DNA of 63,595 bases, counting the filler, from Octopus bimaculoides (lineage: Eukaryota): NCBI RefSeq assembly GCF_001194135.2. It is 6 parts of 5 records of this genome, joined end to end, with 100 filler letters (N's around TTAATTAATTAA, not from the genome) between each part and the next. Parts side by side here need not be neighbours in the genome. Positions count along the whole stretch, not along the records: positions 52,856 to 54,991 come from NW_026424444.1; positions 55,092 to 60,656 come from NW_026365384.1; positions 60,757 to 63,595 come from NC_069004.1; 3 more parts are not named here. One strand, given 5' to 3'. Under the pieces are notes generated by a model. That model did not search any database, was not told where the DNA came from, and was given only the letters and a program-made list of their open reading frames with translations. How positions within the stretch are numbered: position 1 is the stretch's first letter; every line of letters starts with the position of its first letter. Made by a program: the position numbers and the translations under genes. Shown here piece after piece: positions 53,802-63,595 of the stretch.

Positions 53802-54030
53802 CATGTATATATGTATGCATATATATACATATAATTATAATGTATTAATATATATATATGTACATATATACATACATATACATGCATATATACATACACG
53901 TACTTACATACCAATATTGTATTCTTATATATTAAATATCTATCAACGAATAAGCTATTTTCTCCAGATGCTTACTCATAACTTCCCTCGCACTCTCTCT
54001 CTCTTTCTATCTCTCTCTCTCTCTCTCCCT

Positions 54031-54075
<45 letters not shown>

Positions 54076-54164
54076 ACTCACTTTCTTTCTCTCTGTTCAC
54101 ACAAGTTTGCGTTTGAAAGCATAATTGTCTATACTGGTGAAAACATTTCCGGGCAGTTAAAATG

Positions 54165-54276
54165 TATGTATGTATGTATGTATGTATGTATGTATGTATG
54201 TATGTATGTATGTATGTATGTATGTATGTATGTATGCATGTATGTATGTATGTATGTATGTATGTATGTATGTATG

Positions 54277-54316
<40 letters not shown>

Positions 54317-54335
54317 CATCTATCTATCTATCTAT
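54165..54335. repeat. (TATG)n(TATC)n tetranucleotide microsatellite
   Basis: Direct reading; source of MYVC and YLSI pseudo-ORFs. Confidence 0.95.
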
Positions 54336-54946
54336 ATAAATTGTAAATCCAAAAAATAACAACAAAAATACAAAGGATTCTGCGGTACACGTGTTTCAAG
54401 CTTTATATCAGTGTATAATTTACAATACAAAGCTATATTCAGCCGCAAACGTATTTCTCTCCCTGGAAATTATATCACATCGGCGTTAAAGGAGGAAGAA
54501 AGGTGTGATATAAGAGGTGAAGATCCTTTCGGTATTTTGTATAGTACTATACCTCGTATAATTCTCCAATATAATTCTCCAATATATATTATTTTTACTT
54601 TTTTGTTTTCTGTGTTGATTTCGTTTCTATTTTCTTAAGCAAAATACTGTTTTACAAGGAAAATAAGAAAAATAAAAGCATGAAGAAATCAATATATTTT
54701 CTTATCACTACCACTATTAATAATCATCTCATATATTAATGCATATTTGTCACTAAGCTCATGTTTTCTCACGTGTTGTTGCCTGTGGGTAAACGTTTAA
54801 AAGTAAAACGAAATTAAACTCGAAGTATTTACAAATTCAAGTGACATGGAATGTGTATGTGTATGTTTGCATTTATGCTAATATACGTATGCACACATAC
54901 ACACACATACACAAATACAAGGATAGGCACGCACACACATTCACGC

Positions 54947-54991
<45 letters not shown>

Positions 54992-55100
54992 NNNNNNNNN
55001 NNNNNNNNNNNNNNNNNNNNNNNNNNNNNNNNNNNTTAATTAATTAANNNNNNNNNNNNNNNNNNNNNNNNNNNNNNNNNNNNNNNNNNNNAATACTTTT

Positions 55101-55190
55101 ATTTCCAACATATGTTTCGAAGATTACAAATTCTACCTTCCGTAGGAATTGGTGATGTTGATAAGAATGTAATCTTCTCTTCAGGGAAAT
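55101..55190 (-). ncRNA. Type I hammerhead ribozyme, structurally complete, at a PLE 3' end
   Basis: ATTTCC-CTGAAGA-GAAGATTACA...TGTAATCTTC-GAAA-C-ATAT-G-TT-GGAAAT: 6-bp stem I, 10-bp perfect stem II, canonical core, palindromic stem III ACATATGT, GUU site. Confidence 0.85.
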
Positions 55191-55199
55191 GCATGGGAA

Positions 55200-55530
55200 C
55201 CAGCTTAAACGTAAGACATTTTAACCGAATATATATATTAATTAAATTAAATTAAATTAATTTCTGGATTTAGCGCGCAAAAACGAAGACTTTTGAATAT
55301 TACCATAAATATAATTAACAGAACCGTGTGCACGTGCCTCATTCATGGGGAACGACTAGTATACGATTCTGAGAATTATATTTATTTAGCGGTCTATACT
55401 GATGAGAAACAGATATTTTCGATAAGAAAATGTTAATTTCGAAACTAGTTTGCAGATGACTGTATATATTTATGTAATTTTCACTTGTCTTGCCCGTATA
55501 CGTTTTTGTTTCACTGTCATACAAGCAGTG
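55200..55530 (-). mobile_element. PLE GIY-YIG remnant upstream of the hammerhead
   Basis: KTYTGKTSE (cf. YIGxT) in ORF 55524-55339; same strand as, and just 5' of, the ribozyme. Confidence 0.5.
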
Positions 55531-55845
55531 TCTTTTATTTTATATTACCTCACTTAGAAACAGATGAGGGTTGGTGACTGGAAGGGCATCTGGTTGTAGA
55601 AAATCCACTATAAATTCTGTCTCACCAATGCAAGTATGGAAAAGGGGACATTGAAAGGATGATGTTGGGCTTCTTTTAAGTTTCCATCTATCAGATCTAC
55701 TTGCAACACTTTGCTATACATGTAGTCCTAGATACACGATGTCTGAATAAAAGACAAGATGGTCATAGCTTGCATGTCTTCGATCGTTTGTCCACTTTCT
55801 GTATCCATGGTAACATGTCATCTGTTTTCCTCTTTTCTCATTCAG

Positions 55846-55933
55846 ATTCCTGAAGAACCGTAGACGCCTAAATGTTGCCTTGACACGAGCCAAATTTGCG
55901 TTGTACATAGTTGGACATCTTGCTTCATTGGAG
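55846..55933 (+). CDS. SETX: Senataxin-like SF1B helicase, exon encoding motif VI
   Basis: Acceptor TTTTCTCATTCAG|, donor GAG|GTAAGT; (G)FLKNRRRLNVALTRAKFALYIVGHLASLE matches the UPF1/SETX-type RLNVALTRAK motif, and GHL agrees with SETX GHLRTL. Confidence 0.88.
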
Positions 55934-56340
55934 GTAAGTAGTTCTCGTTTGACTCTGCTGTTGACCAACCAAACATCATTAAAGGATAAATACAAACTTG
56001 TGAACAGTTCAGGTACGCTTTAGGTACACACATACACTCATACATACACAATAGGCAATGGTCTTCTTTCAGTTTCTGTGTATCAAATTCACTCACCAGA
56101 CTTTGGTTGGCCAGCTCAGGGCTATAGTGGAAGACACTTGCTCGAGGTACCATGCATTGGAATTGAACCTGGGACCATGTAGTTGAAAAGTAAACTTCTT
56201 ACCACAAAGTCATGCCAGTCTAGCAGACATATTCTTTGGCAAAGATTTGTCTACCAACAAATCCAGATATTCCTGATATTGTTTTTTTTACTTCATAACC
56301 ATTTTCCTGCTGGTTTTTTTTCTCAGTTTTTATGTGAACT

Positions 56341-56728
56341 TTACTCTTTTACTTGTTTCAGTCATGTGACTGCGGCCATGCTGGAGCACCACCTTTAGTC
56401 GAGCAAATCGACCCCAGAACTTATTCTTTGTAAGCCTAGTACTTATTTTATCGGTCTCTTTTGCCGAACCGCTAAGTTACGGGGACGTAAACAGACCAGC
56501 ATCGGTTGTTAAGCGATGTTGGGGGGACAAACAATACACACATATATATACATATACATATATACGACGGGCTTCTTTCAGTTTCCGTCTACCAAATCCA
56601 CTCACAAGGCTTTGGTCGGCCCGCGGCTATAGTAGAAGACACTTGCCCAAGGTGCCACGCAGTGGGACTGAACCCGGAACCATGTGGTTGGTAAGCAAGC
56701 TACTTACCACACAGCCACTCCTGCGCCT
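56341..56728 (-). mobile_element. CORE-type SINE family A, near full length, intronic
   Basis: Complete head-to-tail match to the family A copies, reverse orientation. Confidence 0.9.
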
Positions 56729-56806
56729 CAAATGTTTTTTTTTGTTTTGTCTTTTTTATAACTCACACTGGAATTTATTTTGTTTTGCATTTTCTTTTTT
56801 TAACAG

Positions 56807-56920
56807 GGAGATGAAGATTGGAAATCCTTGATACAAGACGCACACGACCGTCAACTTGTGATACGGGTAGGGCATCCAGACCAATTCCAGTCGGTTGTTA
56901 AGAGATGCCTCAAAGTATGA
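56807..56920 (+). CDS. SETX: Senataxin-like helicase, probable terminal coding exon
   Basis: Acceptor TTTCTTTTTTTAACAG|, phase 0 matches previous exon; GDEDWKSLIQDAHDRQLVIRVGHPDQFQSVVKRCLKV* aligns with human SETX NQHWNQLIQDAQKRGAII; TGA TGA stop. Confidence 0.82.
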   Translation, partial: GDEDWKSLIQDAHDRQLVIRVGHPDQFQSVVKRCLKV

Positions 56921-57312
56921 TGAAGCTTTCAAAGTGGTCTGCTTCATTGTTTGTTGTTGTCGCTGTTCTTAAAGTGACCTAAATCCTCAAAAGGTCTTAT
57001 TCTAAAGATCTAACAGGGATGAATAACACTGTTTCTGTTCTGTTCATGGGGGGTCCTCGCTTAACCGGGTACTCCTCACCTAACTAATACTCATCATTTA
57101 ACAGGTACTCCTTCATTGATAAATACTTTTCAGTTAACACACACACACAAAAAAAAAAGGAAAACAGAAAAAAAACTGTAATTGATATAAAATAAAACAA
57201 AGATTAATTTTTATGTTTTTACTTTTTTGTTTTTGCTTTTATTACTCTTTTCCTCTTTTACTTGTTTCAGTCAAGCGATGCTGGGAGGACAAACACACAC
57301 ACACACACATAT

Positions 57313-57680
57313 AGGCGCAAGAGTGGCTGTGTGGTAAGTAGCTTGCTTACCAACCACACGGTTCTGGGTTCAGTCCCACTGCGTGGCACCTTGGGCAAGT
57401 GTCTTCTACTATAGCCTCGGGCCGACCAAAGCTTTGTGAGTGCATTTGGTAGACGGAAACTGAAAGAAGCCTGTCGTATATATGTATATATATGTATGTG
57501 TATGTATATGTTTGTGTGTCGCTTGACAACCGATGGTGGTGTGTTTATGTCCCTGTAACAGACCGATAGAATAAGTACTAGGCATCCAAAGAATAAGTCC
57601 TGGGATCGATTTGCTTGACTAAAGGCGGTGCTCCAGCATGGCCACAGTCAAATGACTGAAACAAGTAAAAGAGTAAAAGA
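57313..57680 (+). mobile_element. CORE-type SINE family A, near full length
   Basis: Inverted relative to 56341-56728; a 3' half copy follows at ~57700-57920. Confidence 0.9.
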
Positions 57681-57923
57681 AAAAGAAAGAGTATATAATG
57701 TGTGTGTGTGTATGTTTGCGCGCCTGTGTTTGTCCCCCAACATCGCTTGACAACCGATGTTGGTATGTTTACGTCCACGTAACTTAATGGTTTGGCAAAA
57801 CAGACCGATAGAATAAGTACCCGGCTTACAAAGAATAAATCCTGGGGTCGATTTGCCCGACTAAAGGCGGTGTTCCAGCATGGCCGCAGTCAAATAACAA
57901 GAAACAAGCAAAAGAAAAATAGA

Positions 57924-57964
<41 letters not shown>

Positions 57965-58200
57965 ATAAAATGTCCGCACAGTGTGAAAAACATATCTCCA
58001 AAAATTCAAACCCTTTGGTAACTTTTAGCGTACCGGTATTTACATACAATATATAAACACACGCAACACGCAGGTGGACACACACACACACACACATACG
58101 CACACATCTGTAAATATAGATCTATGTATTTATATATATATATATATGCTTGTGTGTATACATATGTTTATATATACATTCATATAAATTATATATATAT

Positions 58201-58545
58201 AAAATCAAAATAAGCAACACGGATTTTAAAGATGACTGTAGTACACACGTTTCATGCTACTCCATTTATTTAAGTAATGCGAGCATTACATTAAATGCAA
58301 TATGTAGAACAATCTTCAGCTGCACGAAAATGCAGAAAATTACAGTAGAATATTCTACTGTAATTTTCTGCATTTTCGTGCAGCTGAAGATTGCTCTACA
58401 TATTGCATTTCTGCATTTTCGTGCAGCTGAAGATTGCTCTACATATTGCATTTAATGTAATGCTCGCATTACTTAAATAAATGGAGTAGCATGAAACGTG
58501 CGTACTGCAACCATCTTTAAAATCCGTGTTGCTTATTTTGATTTT
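58201..58545. repeat. Foldback palindrome (MITE-like), 151-bp arms, no spacer
   Basis: Centre GTAGAAT|ATTCTAC at 58351/58352; arms complementary with about 5 transition mismatches; 43-bp tandem duplication in the right arm (58367-58409 = 58410-58452). Confidence 0.95.
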
Positions 58546-58970
58546 TTGATCACCTTGCTCTTAGAATGGCTTTTGGATAATACCATACCATACTATCTTC
58601 TGGTGCCTAAACATAAGTACCATATTCAATTTTGAATCTAAATCTAAACCTTTAGCATGGCCGCAGCTCTGAGCTGAAACTTTGAAATGAAATATATATC
58701 GCACACACTACAACTGACCAACTACTTTCTCCCTTTCTCCCTTCCCCATTTTCACACTACATACGTCAAGATCACCAGCATTCTACCTTCCACACACAGC
58801 CCCTCGTTCCCGATCACCGTTTGTTATCTCCCCCTTTCTTAGCTCTCCTGAAATAAGAATTTCTAACTTCCGGTCAGCCATTGTTATGATCGGCCATTAT
58901 TATTATGATTGACCGTTGACTGAACACTATTCAATTTTTTTTCTCCGTGTTTTTCTCCTTGCCTCCATAT

Positions 58971-59007
58971 TCTTTCTGTTGAAGAGCGTAGCTCGAAACG
59001 TCAAAGA
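58971..59007 (+). ncRNA. Minimal type I hammerhead-like motif, CUGUUGA (A6U) variant
   Basis: TCTTT-CTGTTGA-A-GAGC-GTA-GCTC-GAAA-C-GTC-AAAGA: 5-bp stem I, 4-bp stem II, palindromic ACGT stem III, GUC site. Confidence 0.7.
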
Positions 59008-59280
59008 CTTTCCGTATTCCCGAGCGTCATACTAATACATCCTTTTGTTATTTACACCNNNNNNNNNNNNNNNNNNNNNNNNNNNNNNNNNNNNNNNNNN
59101 NNNNNNNNNNNNNNNNNNNNNNNNNNNNNNNNNNNNNNNNNNNNNNNNNNNNNNNNNNNNNATATATATATATATACACAGATAAACTTCATTCCCTTTA
59201 CTCTGTCGGATACGTAGTTGTTCGGTTTTGGTGAGGTGAGAATTCTGTTTATTTATATATATTTTTGGGACAATACTGTG

Positions 59281-59326
59281 CTGATGAACGAAGTCTAGAT
59301 TCACTCTAGTAATCGCGAAATCGGTC
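59281..59326 (+). ncRNA. Degenerate hammerhead-like motif
   Basis: CTGATGA-ACGA..CTAGA-TTCAC-TCTAG..TCGC-GAAA-TCGGTC; canonical core and stem II, stem I not recoverable. Confidence 0.45.
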
Positions 59327-59898
59327 GATACGCAATTAAGTCTATTTTAAAAGAAAGTTGGTCATCTTCTGTTGGTTGTTTTTTCCTCGCATAGGTACTA
59401 AATGTGGTTATTTTTTGAGAAGTCCACTGTGTGGCGTTATTATTTTTCTATAATAATGCCATTTATATAAATATAAACGAATATATATATATATAGAGAG
59501 AGAGAGGGGGAGAGACTTCTTACTTTACTTATATGTGTGTGTGTGTGTGTGTGAGAGAGAGTGAGAGCGTGAGTGCATATACGCACACACATGTGTATAT
59601 GTGTCCGTATGTTTCAGTGTTTGACAATAGGCAAGTAATACATATGACAGATGAAGGTGACACATGTTCTTTGCTAAATGTCTAATGAAGTTTAGTAAGA
59701 ACGTCAGTCAGTAATTGTCGCCCTGGAGGTTAATCATGGAAGAGAAGGGGGTAGTGGGGAAAACGGGGGCGTGCGCGCGCGTTCAGTGCGTGCGTGTGTG
59801 TGTGTGTGTGTGTGCATTTCATTTTTAATCGGCAGAATGTTAAAAAATTTAAAAGGTACATATTCGTGTATCGAGGTCGATTTCTCCTGCTTCTTCTA

Positions 59899-59945
<47 letters not shown>

Positions 59946-59948
59946 TAT

Positions 59949-60458
59949 AGGTGCAGGAGTGGCTATGTCATTAGAAGTGTGGTACCCAACCACCAGGTTC
60001 AGTCCCAACGCGTGACACCTTGGGCAAGTCTCTTCTCATGTAGCCTCGGTTCAACCAAAGCCTTGTGAGTGGATTTGGTAGTCGGAAACTGAAAGAAGCC
60101 CGTCGTACATATATATGGGCAAGTTTCTTCTACTATAGCCTCGGGCCGACCAAAGCCTTGTGAGTGGATTTGGTAGACGGAAACTGAAAGAAGCCCGTCG
60201 TATATATATATATATATATAAATGTATATATATGTATGTGTTTGTGTCTTTGTGTCTGTGTTTGTCCCCCAACATTGCTTGACAACCGATGCTGGTGTGT
60301 TTACGTCCCCGTAACTTAGCGGGGTTCGGCAAAAGAGACCGATAGAATAAGTACTAGGCTTACACAGAATAAGTCCTGGGGTCGATTTGCTCGACTATAA
60401 AGGCGGTGCTCCAGCATGGCCGCAGTCAAATGACTAACGAATAAAAGAATAAAAGAAT
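59949..60458 (+). mobile_element. CORE-type SINE family A with internal ~90-bp duplication
   Basis: GGGCAAGT...GAAGCCCGTCGTA occurs twice (~60021-60110 and ~60117-60202). Confidence 0.85.
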
Positions 60459-60756
60459 ATATATATACATATGTATTGTATACATATATATATGTCTATG
60501 TATGTGTGTGTATGTGTGTGTGTGGGTGCATGTGTGCGTATGGAGGGGGGGTGCGTTAGCAGCTGGCATGTGTCTCTTTAATCGCATCGTTCGTCAGTCA
60601 AATACGTTATGATACATGATAATGACTCTAAGCACCATTTGCTTTCTACAAGACACNNNNNNNNNNNNNNNNNNNNNNNNNNNNNNNNNNNNNNNNNNNN
60701 TTAATTAATTAANNNNNNNNNNNNNNNNNNNNNNNNNNNNNNNNNNNNNNNNNNNN

Positions 60757-60813
<57 letters not shown>

Positions 60814-61009
60814 ATGTATGTATATGTATATATACATATATATAAAGAGAAAGAGAGAGAGAGAGAGAGAAGTTACAAAAATAGCTGTATCACAGAGAGT
60901 TTCACATGTATGAAGTTCCTAACTTTGGAATCACTTTCTCTAGTTTGCACCAGATTAAAATATATGCTTTTCACCTCTAGCTTTCTATTATTCTTGGCGG
61001 CGCAACCAA

Positions 61010-61065
<56 letters not shown>

Positions 61066-62802
61066 CTGCTTCAGATGAGCTACTAACGATTATGGAGTGT
61101 GTGCGTGTGTGTCTGTATGGAAATGGTGTGCAAATGTGTCTGGCAAAAAGTTGGAAGACAACGATAAACAACTCTGTTCAATCTCTTATTGTCTATTCAG
61201 ATGAGATTCCCGCTGCAGCATTATGACAACAACAACAACAACAACAACAACACAAAAAAATAGTAACAACAACCAAAAATAACAGCGGCAACAAGAATGC
61301 TAAAATATACAAGAAATATATTAGAAGTAAAAGAGTGAGGCATAATGTAGATTGAAAAACCACCATCATGATCATCATCGTCGTCGCCATCGCGGTCAGC
61401 GTCGTCGTCGTCGTCGTCGTCATCATCATCATCATCATCATCATCGTCCTCTGTTACAGCTGTATTACTACTAACGCTAACAGAAAACTAATACGAAACC
61501 TAAGAACTAAACAATGACAAAAGCGCCAACAATAACAACAACAATATTAATAATGATTTCTGATTTTATAATTTTCTCCTCCTCCACCTCCTCCTCCTCC
61601 ACCTCCTCCTCCTTCTTCTTTTTCTTCTTTTTTTATTTTACTCCTCCTCCTCCTCCTCCTCTGACCCCGAAAGGATGAAAGGCAAAGTCGACCTCGACGG
61701 AATTTGAACTCAGAATATGAAAATGGATGAAATACCACAAAGAATTTCGCCCGGAGTGCTAACGATTCAGCCAGCTCTCCGCTTTAATAATAATGATAAT
61801 AATAATAATATTAATAATAATAATAATAATGATGATGAAGTTGATGATGATGATGATGATGATAATAAATGTATATATACATGCATATACATACATATAT
61901 GTACAGACATGTACCTATAAATGTACATACACACACATATATATATGAGCGAGCAAACAACAATGGAATATTAATGTTGTACACGCATGCGTATCCAAAT
62001 ACACACATACATACATATTAGTCTAAGTATATACCCATCCGTGTACATCCGTGTATATATAAGTGTGTGTATAGATGTGTGTGTATGTGTGTGGGTGGAT
62101 GGCTGGAGGAGTGTGTGTAAACAGGAAAGCACTAGAGATGAAATACCGTTGTAAAATATATAAAACGCAGGCGAAGCTTAAAGATTATTTGTTTTAAGGA
62201 TAGTTTTTCAAGCGTTGATTGATTTGAAAATGGTTTTATCATGGATTGAATCCATTTTAACGATTCTGCGAGGGATTTATTAGAAATCTGTGCACGTCGC
62301 TTTATTATTGCGGGGGCGAGGTTGGCGGGGGGATGGGAGGTTGGAACGGTGGAACGGTGGAATGGTGGAATGGTGGAATGGTGGTGGGTTGGAAGACATG
62401 GAGAGGGTGATAGAGAGGAGAGAGAGAGAGAGAGGTAGAGAAGTAGAGAGAGTTAGAGGGAAAGGGGTGATAGAGAGGAGAGAGAGAGGTAGATAGAGAG
62501 GGTTTGAGGGGAAAGAAGTGATAGAGAGAGAGGTAGAGAGAGAGAGAGAAAGAGAGAAAGAGAGAAAGTGAGAGAGATGGAAAATGTGTAAAAAATAAGA
62601 CAGGAGTGAGGGTGCATACATACATAAATACATACATACACACATACATATACACACACATCTATATATGCATGTGTGTATATATACTTCCAGAAAGAAA
62701 GAAAGAAAGAGAGAGTGAGAGAGAGAGAGAAAGAGAAAGAGAGACGGGGAGAAGGATATGAGAAATTAACAGGGATTAAATTGTTGTAAGAGAGACATGT
62801 AT

Positions 62803-62846
<44 letters not shown>

Positions 62847-63049
62847 ACAGTAGTCATACAAGGAATTGTATAAGAATTCTCTCTGCTCTAGGCAGAAGGC
62901 CCGAAATTCTTGGTGAGTGGATAAGTCGATTACATTGACCCCATCCCCCAGTGTTAACTGGTACTTACTTTATCGACCCCGAAGGAGAAAAGGCAAAGTC
63001 GACTTGGGCGGAATTTGAATTCAGAACATAAAGACAGAAGACGCTTTCT

Positions 63050-63400
63050 TCTCACTCGAATGACTTTACTAAAAATGTTCAATGTAATCGCGAGAGGTCT
63101 AGGCATGGCAGGGAAACAGGGACAACTACTCAACGATCATAGGTCGCTGTGCTTGGTTGTCGTAATCAGTTGTGAATTTGCGAAACGAAATCGTCCGAAA
63201 ACTTTCGACCATCCACGAATGCTATTGCGCTTTCTTGGATCATGCGGGTAGCGGTGCTGTTTCGGAAAATCCTAGACCTGGATGGTAAACACAGTTTTCA
63301 TAGCCCCGTATGATGGTAAACTGGTGGTTCTGGGTATAGGGACGATCGTGAAAACATCAGTTTCACTCCAGTGAATCATTCTGATTTCACTCCTCGAACA
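63050..63400 (-). mobile_element. Possible PLE GIY-YIG remnant
   Basis: Minus codons resembling NCVYH..CRI.PKQ (VYxIxCxxCxKQY) with many lesions. Confidence 0.3.
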
Positions 63401-63529
63401 AGGTTTGAACTTGCTCAATATATGTAGAGGATATATCTTTTTATTAAAACAGAAACTTAGGATTTGTCTTTCTTTCTTTCTTTCTTTCTTTGTTCCTTCT
63501 TTCTTTCTTTCTTTCTTTCATTCTTTATT

Positions 63530-63595
<66 letters not shown>

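Noticed and set aside
62338-62392. Short tandem arrays (GGTGGAAY x5; also AAGTGAAGCTT x3 at 3117-3148) as CRISPR or telomeric repeats
   Set aside because: No spacers, eukaryotic context; simple slippage repeats

Overview
AT-rich, microsatellite-saturated, gap-rich animal genomic DNA. The SINE families and repeat content point to an octopus (coleoid cephalopod) assembly; this is an inference. Almost all ORFs in the supplied track are microsatellite or N-gap artefacts. The only confidently recognisable host coding sequence is two spliced + strand exons (55846-55933, 56807-56920) encoding the C-terminal end of a senataxin-like SF1B helicase; I could not find its upstream exons in the window. The rest is transposon debris: several tRNA-derived SINE families, Tc1, mariner and Tigger relics, RTE and R4/Dong-type LINE ends, a solo LTR, a 91-bp Helitron, a 345-bp foldback palindrome and many Penelope-like element (PLE) fragments. 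The most interesting signal is a set of about nine hammerhead-ribozyme motifs tied to PLE ends. One is structurally complete (55101-55190). One family has a recurrent non-canonical core (CUGUUGA, A6U). One PLE has a tRNA-like Pol III cassette between its GIY-YIG stop codon and its hammerhead. The five TTAATTAATTAA islands inside N runs are assembly linkers. All repeat boundaries were read by eye and are approximate unless a TSD or TIR is quoted.
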